A stretch of DNA of 64,000 nt, from positions 448 through 64,447 of the forward strand of contig PEVN01000374.1 of the NCBI GenBank assembly GCA_002779825.1. The letters run 5' to 3'. Positions 9,590-18,368 of this stretch are shown piece after piece. The notes beneath the pieces are model-generated. The model did not search any database. It saw only the letters and a list, made by a program, of their open reading frames with translations, and was not told the DNA's origin. How positions within the stretch are numbered: the stretch's first letter is position 1; every line of letters begins with the position of its first letter. A program made the position numbers and the translations under genes. The DNA is from Armatimonadetes bacterium CG06_land_8_20_14_3_00_66_21 (GTDB lineage Bacteria > Armatimonadota > Abditibacteriia > CG2-30-66-41).

Positions 9590-10717
9590 ATGAACCCAAA
9601 CCGCCTCCGCTACGTCGTCCGAAAAGAGACGCGCCAGTTCCTGCGCGACCCTCGCTCGATTCGCATGGCGGTGGCGGCACCGTTCGTCCAGCTCACGTTC
9701 TTCGCCTTGGCCGCCACCACTGACCTCAAGGATGCCCGCTTGGCCGTGTGCGACCGGGACGGCGGCGTCGCGGCTCGCCAACTGGTCACGACTCTATCCC
9801 ATCAGCAGTACTTCCATGTCTACCGGGTCGGCAGCAGTCCGCGGCGGCTGCTTGACGAGCTTGACAGCGGCCGCGCCCAGCTTACACTGGACATTCCGCC
9901 CGGATTCGGGCGCGACCTCGCCCGCGGTCGCACCCCTCCTGTTCAGGTCCTTGTTGACGGCAGCGACTCCAACACGGCGCAGACGGCCATGGCGTACTTG
10001 ATCGGCGCGATTCGACGCCACAGCGACACCCTCGCCGTCGAGGCGGCCAAGCGCCATGCCGGCAGAAGTGTGCCCGGGCTCAACGTGCAGCCGCGCGTCT
10101 GGTACAACCCCGATCTGAGGAGTCGCAACTTCATGGTGCCGGGCATCGTCGCGCTGATACTGCTGGTCATCACGACGAATTTCACCGCCCTCTCCGTCGT
10201 CCGCGAACGCGAGTCCGGCACCCTCGAGCAGCTCGTCGTCACGCCCCTGCAGCCGCTCGAGCTTCTCCTCGGCAAGATGATCCCCGTCGCCGTCATCGGC
10301 CTCCTCGATGCCGTCATCATCGTCGTCGCCAGCGTGCTGATCTTCAACGTCCCGCTGCGAGGCAGCGTCCTGCTGCTGTTCGCGCTGTCAGGCGGCTACC
10401 TGCTGTGCACCCTCGGTCAAGGCTTGCTCATCTCGACCATCTCCCGCACCCAGCAGCAGGCCCAGATGACCAACTTCTTCCTCACTATGCCCGCGATCCT
10501 CATCTCCGGCTTCATCTTCCCCATTGCGAATATGCCCTGGTGGGCGCAGCAACTCTCCTACCTGACACCGGTTCGCTACTTCGTAGTGATCGCCCGCGGC
10601 ATCTACCTGAAGGGCAACGGGCTGGAGGTGCTCTGGCCGCAGGGCTTGGCGTTGCTCGTGCTGGGAGCGTGCCTGTTCTCGGCAGGGGTATTGCTGTTCA
10701 AGAAGAGGGTGGATTGA
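9590..10717 (+). CDS. ABC-2 type transporter permease, second copy.
   Basis: ATG at 9590 (MNPNRLRYVVRKETRQF), in frame with track ORF 9530..10717. Contains the RERESGTLEQLVVTP motif and has the same topology as the preceding permease. Confidence 0.85.
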   Translation: MNPNRLRYVVRKETRQFLRDPRSIRMAVAAPFVQLTFFALAATTDLKDARLAVCDRDGGVAARQLVTTLSHQQYFHVYRVGSSPRRLLDELDSGRAQLTLDIPPGFGRDLARGRTPPVQVLVDGSDSNTAQTAMAYLIGAIRRHSDTLAVEAAKRHAGRSVPGLNVQPRVWYNPDLRSRNFMVPGIVALILLVITTNFTALSVVRERESGTLEQLVVTPLQPLELLLGKMIPVAVIGLLDAVIIVVASVLIFNVPLRGSVLLLFALSGGYLLCTLGQGLLISTISRTQQQAQMTNFFLTMPAILISGFIFPIANMPWWAQQLSYLTPVRYFVVIARGIYLKGNGLEVLWPQGLALLVLGACLFSAGVLLFKKRVD

Positions 10718-10762
10718 GGGCGGTAGCGAGGCCGCCAGTCGTCACGTGCTTCGCTTCGGAGC

Positions 10763-11122
10763 TCACGTCTCGGCACCGACCCGCTCGCCCGTCCGTCCCC
10801 TCTCCCTCCACCGTGCCACGCTCACCTCAACCAGCAGCTCGGCAACGTGAGTAGGCGTGGAACTCGAGCCTGCTTCTCCGAGCTGCTGGCCCATGTCCCG
10901 CAAGGCATCCCACGTCTCTCGAGTGAGGCGAACCGGCCGTGAGATTGTTGGCTGGTCTGCCTGTGCCGACCCCGTGCTCGGGGTGCGCCTCGCCGCAAGG
11001 GTCTCCCGGAGTCGCAGGAGGTCCAGCGGACCGCAGACCGCCTGCCCCAGCGAGACGACAACGTCGGGTTGCAGCAGTTCGGCAATGCGGCGTGGCGACG
11101 TGAGTTGGGCAGCATCGAGCAT
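10763..11122 (-). CDS. Hypothetical protein; the C-terminal half may have a ribbon-helix-helix fold.
   Basis: ATG lies 4 nt after the stop of the upstream ORF. The segment RPVRLTRETWDALRDMGQQL..THVAELLVEV has a strand-helix-helix pattern. The fold assignment is inference only. Confidence 0.4.
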   Translation of the reverse strand: MLDAAQLTSPRRIAELLQPDVVVSLGQAVCGPLDLLRLRETLAARRTPSTGSAQADQPTISRPVRLTRETWDALRDMGQQLGEAGSSSTPTHVAELLVEVSVARWRERGRTGERVGAET

Positions 11123-11126
11123 GAGA

Positions 11127-11526
11127 TCAGTCCTCCACTTCTCCGAATCGGGTGAAGCCGAAGTACGTTCCGTCGATCACGGCGCCAACCTCGCCTTGAT
11201 GGGACTCTCGTCCCAGCCGCAGCAGGAAAGACCGCAAGCCTAACAAGGCGAAGTCCGTCAGGTCACTGGGACTGGCGTAGCACAGCACCATCACGGTTGG
11301 CTCGAAGAGCAGCTCGCCCCCCACGACTGTCATCACGCCAGACGCCCCGCCCCGGCGGGAATGCTGTTGCGCCGCGAAAGAGCGTGCCGAGAACGGTCAG
11401 GGCTTCGTTCACCCAGTACTCCTGGTCGATCCCCTTCCCGCGTCGATCCGATGCCGGGAGGAAGCACACGACCTGAGAGGTGCCACCAGGCATGTCTGCG
11501 CGCAGGATCTCGGCTACGTTGGCCAT
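11127..11526 (-). pseudogene. Hypothetical gene split into two frames at a homopolymer. A 132-aa product would result if one base were removed.
   Basis: Track ORFs 11263..11526 and 11127..11336 overlap in different frames. Removing one C from the C6 run at 11317-11322 fuses them: ..PPGRGVWRDDSRGGELLFEPTVMVLCY.. Confidence 0.55.
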
Positions 11527-11670
11527 GGCCCCATTATACGAGGTCTTCCACCAAGTGTCACATCTGGAAGGCGGACCGTGGCCACCTCGAGGGCGAGGGA
11601 GAAGGGGACTGCCGACCTGAGTGGAGCGGGCGATGGCTCAGACGCGGTCGAGGGAGGTCGCGGCCGGCAT

Positions 11671-12386
11671 TCAGATGCCCCGGTCATCGAGGTCGCGGCA
11701 CACCGGACGCCCCAGCTTGAGCCGCTCCACCGTCCGCATGTCCGCCACGAACGGGCTCTCCGCGGGCTGCGACTCCGACAGCCTGCGCGCCTTCTCGAAG
11801 GGCGTGTCCGCCAGCTTCAGGTTGTAGGCTCGCACCATCAGCGTCTCGAGGTTGAGGACGTCCAGCACGTTGTATGCCAGCAGCGTCTGGAGCGCCTTGT
11901 CGTTGCCATGGCGCTGATAGTCCCACCACAGGAGAACGGCGAAGAATCCGTCCACGCCGTCCAACTCCTCGCGGTCGAGACCGAACTGCTTCTCGCAGCC
12001 CTTCAGCCCGCCGCGGTAGCCGAGGCTTGCCAGGACGAAGCGCAGGTCGATGTGCGCGTGGTCCGCGGGGATACCGAGGTAGCTGCGGATGAACGGGAGA
12101 TCGAAGCTCTTCCCGTTGTAGGTCACCAACAGCTTGTACTTGTGGACATCGTCCCGGAAGTCGTTCAGATTGTCGCCGCGAATGTACGTGAAGACGGATT
12201 CGCCGTCGTACAGTGCAATGGTGATGATGTAGTCGCCGCCCCCTGCTGTGGCGACATAGGTAGAGCGCCGCCGTCGAGGATCGAGGTCCACGACGTGAAG
12301 CCTTGCGCCCACAGATTGCGCTCAGTCTTTGGCCCGATTCCCGGTATGTGGCAGAGGGTGTGTTCTAAGATCGCGCAGCCTCCCAT
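11671..12386 (-). pseudogene. YprB/COG3359-like RNase-H-fold exonuclease, frame-disrupted and apparently missing its first acidic motif.
   Basis: The N-terminal helix-hairpin-helix segment (LEHTLCHIPGIGPKTERNLWAQGFTSW, ATG 12386) is in a different frame from the exonuclease body (ITIALYDG..LLVTYNGKSFDLPFI..IDLRFVL..LLAYNVLDVLNLETLM, track ORF 11671..12312). No D-I-E-T-T-G-like motif is readable in any frame at the junction. Confidence 0.6.
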
Positions 12387-12555
12387 TTTCCGAGCCTTTG
12401 GCTTTGGCGTGGCAACCGGCCATGCCCTATTCGCCCTCCCGCCTTCTCTGCCTACCTCGGACTGACAAAGGGCCGAAGGCACCGCCGGAGAACTCTCGGG
12501 TTGTGCTCCACACCCGCCGGGCACAGTTCGCAACCAACACGGAGGCAGTTTCGCC

Positions 12556-15105
12556 ATGGAAGCAAGACGGGCCTGCAGCTTCGCCATCGTCGCTGTCCTT
12601 TCCTCGTCGGCAGGGCACTCGGCCGTTCCCGAGGTCGTTCGCGGCCTCTACTGCAATCCCGGGCCGGCCATTGACAACCGGATTTGGGCTACGTACGGCG
12701 CCGGCTATGACGAAGACACGGCCGAGAAGCACGGCGGCCGAACCAGCCTGAAGTGCGTGAACACCACGGACGCGGACGCCCACGGGGCTTGGCAGACCAT
12801 TCAGTTCGATCAGGACAAGCCGCGGCAGATCGTGGTGGCAGGCTGGGCGAAGCTGGACGGGGTGACGGGGCCGGCGGACTACCGCAACTCCGTCTACCTC
12901 GACCTGCGCTTGGAGAACGGCGAGAGCTGGCCGATGAAGATCGCAGCGTTCGACCCGGCGAAGACGGGGTGGCAGTACGCGGAGGAGGTCTACACGCCGC
13001 CGGCTGCGCTGGAGTCGGCCCGCGTCTACGCCTTTCTGCGGGAGCGGAAGGGCACTGCGTGGTTTGACGACCTCTATGTCGGCGAAATCCTGGACGACCA
13101 GGGGACGCGGTCGAGGAACCTGCTGAAGGACCCCGGGCTCGAAGGAGCACTGTCGGGGGAGGCAAGTTACCGCGACCAGTTCTACGCCGAGCTGGCTGAA
13201 CTCGGCTGCAACGCCTTTCACTTCTACAAAGGCGTGAGCTGGGAGACGGTGATGGGGGACGACGCGACCAAGGTACCGGAGGGATTGCCCACCCTCGACC
13301 CGAAGGATCCGCTGCTGGACTTCGTCCAGGACGCCCACCGCCGCCGCTTCAAGGTGTGGCTGACGGTCGGGCTGGGGCTCCCGCAGCTCGAGAACGTGAA
13401 GTCGCCGGAGTTCCCGTTCTACCCGTGCGTCAACAACCGCTGGGGTACGGCCTACACGCGCGCCATTGGCTACTTTGCTCAGTACGGCTTCGACGGTGTC
13501 GGCATGGTGCCCGACGAGTGGAACTACAACAACGGCGCGGTTAGCGGGTGGTCGAAGCACGCCGATCCGGAGGTTGCCAAGTTCTACGCAGAGCTGCCGG
13601 AGCAATGCGACTGCCCGCCTTGTCGCACGCGGTTCCGAGAGCAGACCGGTCACGAGTATCCCGACGTGAAGCACCTGTGGAGCACCGCCGAGCCGGTGTG
13701 GGCGGAGTACCTGAAGTTCCGCTACGACTCCACGGCGGCGTGGATCCGCCGCTCCGTCGACGCGGCGAAGCGCGTCAACCCAGAGGTTGTCACCGATACC
13801 ATGATCTGCGTCCTGCCAGTGTGCAGCGATGACCGGCGTTCGACCGGCGCGGCATGGGACCAACTCGGCATCGAGTCCGGGCTGGATTGCCTGCAGACTG
13901 ATCCCTATATCTTCCTGCACAATTACCTGGGCGACTCGACTCACTACTATCCGACGGAGACAGCGATCCACCTCAGCGCAGCCAACTGGAAGGGCACGGC
14001 CGGCGTCACACTGGAAGCGTGCCGGCTGTATGACCGGTACCGGAACAAAGAGCCGGTTGAGGTCTACGGCACCGCACTCTCCTGCCTCGCCCATGGCGCA
14101 ACGGAGTTCTTCTGGTGGCACCTCAACTACCTGTTGGGGCAGTCCAAGTTCGTCGAGCCGGGGCCGCCTACGCGGCAGCTCGCCGCGACCTACCAAGTCA
14201 TGAAGGCGATGGAGCCCGCTCTGGTGAAGACTCGGGTGCCGGGCGAACTGCTGGTGCTCTACTCGCGCGCTTCCGAGGACGCTTGGCACTGGCTCGCGGG
14301 CAAGGGCGTTCTACCCAAGCTGGTTGGCGAGAAGCCCAACCCCAAACGAGGCTTCGTCGCGCACCGCAACGTGCTGACCTGGTTGCTGCGCCGAGGCTAT
14401 CCGTTCCAGACGACGTTCCTCGACAACCCGGACCCCGCGCGCATCAAGGCGGCAAAGCTGTTGATTGTGCCGTTCCCGTTCTCCCTGAAGGAGTCGGAGG
14501 TCGAGGCGGTCGAGCAGCAGGCGACAGCCGGCAAGACCGTCGTTCTCATGTCGGAGCTATCACCGGTTGACCAGCTTGGCCAGCCCGTTGCCGCCCCGCG
14601 ACTTGCTCGGCTCTTCGGCAGTCGGCCTCTCGACCCTTCGGCAGAGGGGGCCACAGAGGTCGCCGTCGGGAGAGGCAAGGTGGTCTTCCTGGGCGGCGAC
14701 TTCGCTGTCCGGCTATTCGCAGACACGCCGCCCATGAAGGACCCGAAGGGCGTCGTACCGCTCTTGGCATTCGACAGCTTGCGCACGAGTCTGCTGGAGA
14801 AGCACCTCGCCCACTCCGTGCCCGGCAGCCTCGACAGCCTGTTCGCCGCGCAACCCGTTCAGGATGTGGAGACAACGCTGCTCGAGGGCGGCGGGACGCG
14901 ATTGCTCCTGCTGACCAACTGGGACACGACCGACCACGCGCAGGTGGGAATACCCCGGAGTCGGCTCCGTGGCTCGAAACGGGTTGACGGGTACGCTATC
15001 CTCCGGGACGGCACCGTGAGCCGGCTCCGCGAGGCGTGCACCGGCGAGCCGTGGACCGTCAACCTGGCACCACAGGAGACTCGGTTGCTCAGACTGCTCC
15101 CGTGA
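12556..15105 (+). CDS. Secreted carbohydrate-active protein with an N-terminal CBM-like beta-sandwich, a TIM-barrel-like core and a GH42-like C-terminal alpha/beta domain.
   Basis: Signal peptide MEARRACSFAIVAVLSSSAG. CBM-type ending GTAWFDDLYVGEI. Cys cluster CDCPPCRTRF. The C-terminal LLIVPFPFSLKESEVEAVEQQATAGKTVVLMSEL resembles the GH42 trimerisation/GATase-like domain. The family assignment is uncertain. Confidence 0.55.
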   Translation: MEARRACSFAIVAVLSSSAGHSAVPEVVRGLYCNPGPAIDNRIWATYGAGYDEDTAEKHGGRTSLKCVNTTDADAHGAWQTIQFDQDKPRQIVVAGWAKLDGVTGPADYRNSVYLDLRLENGESWPMKIAAFDPAKTGWQYAEEVYTPPAALESARVYAFLRERKGTAWFDDLYVGEILDDQGTRSRNLLKDPGLEGALSGEASYRDQFYAELAELGCNAFHFYKGVSWETVMGDDATKVPEGLPTLDPKDPLLDFVQDAHRRRFKVWLTVGLGLPQLENVKSPEFPFYPCVNNRWGTAYTRAIGYFAQYGFDGVGMVPDEWNYNNGAVSGWSKHADPEVAKFYAELPEQCDCPPCRTRFREQTGHEYPDVKHLWSTAEPVWAEYLKFRYDSTAAWIRRSVDAAKRVNPEVVTDTMICVLPVCSDDRRSTGAAWDQLGIESGLDCLQTDPYIFLHNYLGDSTHYYPTETAIHLSAANWKGTAGVTLEACRLYDRYRNKEPVEVYGTALSCLAHGATEFFWWHLNYLLGQSKFVEPGPPTRQLAATYQVMKAMEPALVKTRVPGELLVLYSRASEDAWHWLAGKGVLPKLVGEKPNPKRGFVAHRNVLTWLLRRGYPFQTTFLDNPDPARIKAAKLLIVPFPFSLKESEVEAVEQQATAGKTVVLMSELSPVDQLGQPVAAPRLARLFGSRPLDPSAEGATEVAVGRGKVVFLGGDFAVRLFADTPPMKDPKGVVPLLAFDSLRTSLLEKHLAHSVPGSLDSLFAAQPVQDVETTLLEGGGTRLLLLTNWDTTDHAQVGIPRSRLRGSKRVDGYAILRDGTVSRLREACTGEPWTVNLAPQETRLLRLLP

Positions 15106-15205
15106 CGTCCTGCCGCGGTGCCGCCAGGGAAGGCCGAAGTCGCCAGGTGCGATGGCTGCCGTGCCCATGCCGCAGTGTGGACGCTTCATCCACCAGGAGG
15201 AGAGT

Positions 15206-16327
15206 ATGTTGGATCCCCTCTCATGCCGCGAACGTCTGAAGCGCACCTTCCTGTGCCAACCCACCGACCGCATGCCGGTCCGGATCTGGGGCGTGGACCC
15301 CATGTTCCCCTCCGACCGGCGCGGGTGGGACGTTCTCTACCAGTTGGTGGAACGACACGAACTCGACATCATCCGCAACTGGGGCCCGAGCGCCGAAGAA
15401 CAGGACCCCCCCCTGATCCAGTCTCGGTCGGAGACCCGCGAGTCAGACAAGCCGAACATGCGGGAAGTCGTCACGACGCTGGAAACCCCGGCGGGCGGGT
15501 TGACCCAGGTGACCTACCAGCCCGCAGGCGGCCGGCCGGGATACGTGAAGAAGCACTTCCTCGAGAGTGTCTGCGACGCCCGGAAGTGGCTCTCGATCCC
15601 CCTCGCCAAGACGAATGCCGGCGTGGAGTCTTACCTCCAGCTGGACCGCAGGACGGGTGACCGCGCCCTGCTGATGGTCGGACTCGCGGAGGCGATGTAC
15701 AGCATCCAGGCGATGATCGGCTCGGAGGTGTTCGGCTTCTGGCTGGTTGACGAGAGGGACCTGCTTCACGAGTTGGTGGACCGCGCCTACCAGGGCATTG
15801 AGGACAGCGTGAAGCACTACTTGTCTTGCGGCGTCGGCGACGCCTACGGCTGGGTCGGCCCGGAGCTGTGCCTCCCGCCACTGGCCTCGCCCCGCGACTT
15901 CCGCGAATTCGTCTTCGACTACGACAAGCGCATCTGCGACCTTATCCACGACGCCAGCAAGCTGGTGTGGGTCCACTGCCACGGCGACATGAGCCTGGTG
16001 CTGGAGGACTTCATCGAGATGGGTGTCGATTGCCTGAACCCCATCGAGCCGCCGCCCTGTGGGAAGCTGACACTCGCAGCGGCGAAGGCGGTCGTGCAGG
16101 GCCGCATGGCGCTCGACGGTGGCGTGCAAGATGGCGCCTTCGACCTGCTGCCGCCCGGCGCAATGGTCCCGGTGGTAGAGGACGCCGTCCGCCAACTGAA
16201 GCCGGGAGGCGGGTTCGTCCTCTGCCCCACCTCGTCACCCACGACCTGGCCCGAGCTGAGTGACCAGCACCTCCGGCACTATCGCGACTTCGTGGAGACG
16301 GGTGTGCGCTTGGCCGCCTACGACTGA
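15206..16327 (+). CDS. Uroporphyrinogen-decarboxylase (URO-D)-like family protein, function unknown.
   Basis: ATG at 15206 is preceded by AGGAGG (15195-15200). The C-terminal VWVHCHGDMSLVLEDFIEMGVDCLNPIEP is typical of URO-D/MtaA-like TIM barrels. Confidence 0.7.
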   Translation: MLDPLSCRERLKRTFLCQPTDRMPVRIWGVDPMFPSDRRGWDVLYQLVERHELDIIRNWGPSAEEQDPPLIQSRSETRESDKPNMREVVTTLETPAGGLTQVTYQPAGGRPGYVKKHFLESVCDARKWLSIPLAKTNAGVESYLQLDRRTGDRALLMVGLAEAMYSIQAMIGSEVFGFWLVDERDLLHELVDRAYQGIEDSVKHYLSCGVGDAYGWVGPELCLPPLASPRDFREFVFDYDKRICDLIHDASKLVWVHCHGDMSLVLEDFIEMGVDCLNPIEPPPCGKLTLAAAKAVVQGRMALDGGVQDGAFDLLPPGAMVPVVEDAVRQLKPGGGFVLCPTSSPTTWPELSDQHLRHYRDFVETGVRLAAYD

Positions 16328-16332
16328 CGCGC

Positions 16333-17397
16333 TCAGAACCGGAGTTCCCTCACCCGCTCCAGGTACCACCGGTAGTCGTCCAGTGCCACGCCCGGGGTGA
16401 TGAGGTGGTCGGGCATCATGATGAAGCCGCCTTCCTGCATCAGGGGGACGAGTCGCTGGATCTCGGCTTCGACGGCTTCGTGGCTTTGCTCAAGGGTGAG
16501 CTTGTCGAAGTTGCCGATGACGCGAAGTTCTTTGCCGTACTGCTTGCGGAGCTTTGCGGCATCGCCCTTCCACGGGCCGACTTCGATGGGGAATTGCACG
16601 TTGACGCCGGCGTCCAGCCACGGACCCAGAAGTGCGCTCACGTCGCCATCGGAGTCGATCCCGTAGAGCGTGACCCCGTACTCCTCGAGCTTGTTACGGA
16701 TCTTGCGGTAGCCGGGGGCGACGTACTTCTCGAAAAGGCTTGGACTGACCAACGGGCCGGCGCGGCCGCAGATGTCTTCCCAGCCGAAGCCCATGTCCAC
16801 CTTGATCTTCGGCAGCACTTGGTCGATCCCCCAGCAAGTGAGGTCGGCCAGAGTCATGACCATGTCGGCATACACCTCCGGCGCGTCCGCCATGAGGTAC
16901 GACATGTTCTGGACGCCCATCCAGTTGCGGATCCACCCCATCATGGAGGCGGTGCTGATGGTGAGGGGCAGCCCGGAGTTCTCGGCATTGGTGACGTGCT
17001 CGTCGAGGTTCTGCGGCACGCGAGCCGGATCAGGCTGGAGTCGCTGCTTGAATTCGGGCCAATCCGCTGCCGTCTTCAGCGTGAAGTCGACATAGTGCGG
17101 GATGCAGCTCTTGTGTTTCCAGTCCTGCTGAATCACCCCGGCGCCATCGCGGAAGAGCCGGTACTCGGGCGTGTCTTCGAGGGTCTCCTCAGCAAACGCG
17201 GGCAGAAGGTCGAGATGTACGCCCACGCCCCCCCACATGGGGACGGCGTCGAAGAACTGGTGCGCGTTGGCCTCGCGAGGCAGCCCCTCGCCATACCAGC
17301 GCTCTAGCGTCTCGCCCCAGCCGGTCCAGTGGATGACTGGCATCCGGTCGAAGTCGCCGTAGAACATGATCTGTTGGAACAGCTCGCGGTAGGTCAC
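16333..17397 (-). CDS. Uroporphyrinogen-decarboxylase (URO-D)-like family protein, second paralog.
   Basis: GTG start at 17397 with GGAGG 8 nt upstream. MTYRELFQQIMFYGDFDRMPVIHW..; YGIDSDGDVSALLGPWLDAGVNVQFPIE matches the same fold signature as the neighbouring gene. Confidence 0.7.
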   Translation of the reverse strand: MTYRELFQQIMFYGDFDRMPVIHWTGWGETLERWYGEGLPREANAHQFFDAVPMWGGVGVHLDLLPAFAEETLEDTPEYRLFRDGAGVIQQDWKHKSCIPHYVDFTLKTAADWPEFKQRLQPDPARVPQNLDEHVTNAENSGLPLTISTASMMGWIRNWMGVQNMSYLMADAPEVYADMVMTLADLTCWGIDQVLPKIKVDMGFGWEDICGRAGPLVSPSLFEKYVAPGYRKIRNKLEEYGVTLYGIDSDGDVSALLGPWLDAGVNVQFPIEVGPWKGDAAKLRKQYGKELRVIGNFDKLTLEQSHEAVEAEIQRLVPLMQEGGFIMMPDHLITPGVALDDYRWYLERVRELRF

Positions 17398-17418
17398 CAG
17401 AGAGCCTCCTCTTGCCGC

Positions 17419-17482
17419 CGTGTCACGTGTCAGGTGGCATGTGTCGCACGTCTTGCGTCAAGTGTCGTGTGTCACGCGTCAT
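17419..17482 (-). promoter_or_regulatory. GTGTC/TGACACG repeat cluster immediately upstream of the URO-D-like gene (candidate operator).
   Basis: Tandem CGTGTCA CGTGTCA at 17419-17432. Further GTGTC copies start at 17441, 17462 and 17469. The cluster sits 22-85 nt upstream of the GTG start at 17397. Confidence 0.35.
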
Positions 17483-17566
17483 GCCTCGAGGCAGGGTAGC
17501 GGGCGGGAGACCGCCGAATGGTGAGGGGTTGGGAGACGCTGACCAGCATCAGAAGCGGGAAATCCC

Positions 17567-18265
17567 TCACCCACCGCCCATTGGCATCGGGGTGGTGGGC
17601 TCTTGTCGGCTCAACTCCGTGAGCCGGAGGTTCTTCCACCAGACCTTGGCCGGCGTGTCGCCTTTGAAGGCATGGACTTGCAGGCCGATGAACCCCTTCG
17701 CGGTCATGTCGTCCTTCAGGTCCACGATCTGGATCCCATTGATCCAGGTCTTGATCGAGTCGCCCCGACACACCACCCGGTAGCGGTTCCACTCGTCCTT
17801 CCTGAACGCAGTGGCTGCCTGTGGGTCCTTGGAGCCCTCGTCCAGGAATTTGCCGTGCCGCGCTTCATCGTAGATGCGCCCGGCATTGGCGTTGGTGGCG
17901 ATCTCCACCTGGTAGCCGTGCCCGCGGCCGTTGTTGTACTCGGGCTTGCTCTCGCTGCGGATCTGGACGCCGGAGTTCAATCGCGAGTCGACCTTGACGT
18001 CAAACTCCAGCTCGAAGTCGCCGTACTCTTTGTTGGTGCACAGAAAGGAGTTCGGGCTGTTGTCCGCGGTGGTCCCGACGATACAGCCGTCCTGGACTTC
18101 GTAGGTTGCCGTGCCGTTGAGTTGCTTCCAGCCGTCGAGAGTCGTCCCGTCGAAGAGCGCCCTTGCGCCGTCAGTGGGCTTCTCCACCTGTCCGACAGCA
18201 CTGGCCGCGAAAAGAAACGTGGTCGCCAGGATTGAGAACCATCCGAGGGTTCGTGTTTGGGGCAT
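17567..18265 (-). CDS. DUF1080 (3-keto-disaccharide hydrolase-like) secreted protein.
   Basis: ATG at 18265 with AAGGAGAA upstream. Signal peptide MPQTRTLGWFSILATTFLFAASAVG. Motifs DGWKQLNG..YEVQDG.IVG, EYGDFELEFDVKV, GYQVEI and GFIGLQVH. Confidence 0.85.
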   Translation of the reverse strand: MPQTRTLGWFSILATTFLFAASAVGQVEKPTDGARALFDGTTLDGWKQLNGTATYEVQDGCIVGTTADNSPNSFLCTNKEYGDFELEFDVKVDSRLNSGVQIRSESKPEYNNGRGHGYQVEIATNANAGRIYDEARHGKFLDEGSKDPQAATAFRKDEWNRYRVVCRGDSIKTWINGIQIVDLKDDMTAKGFIGLQVHAFKGDTPAKVWWKNLRLTELSRQEPTTPMPMGGG

Positions 18266-18368
18266 GCTGTTCTCCTTGTTGCCGTGTGCGAGGCAGCAGG
18301 TTCGTGAGCCGCGGGGCTTCCAGTGTCGGCGTAGCGTGGCCACTACCTGCCTCGTTCGCTCCATTGTA

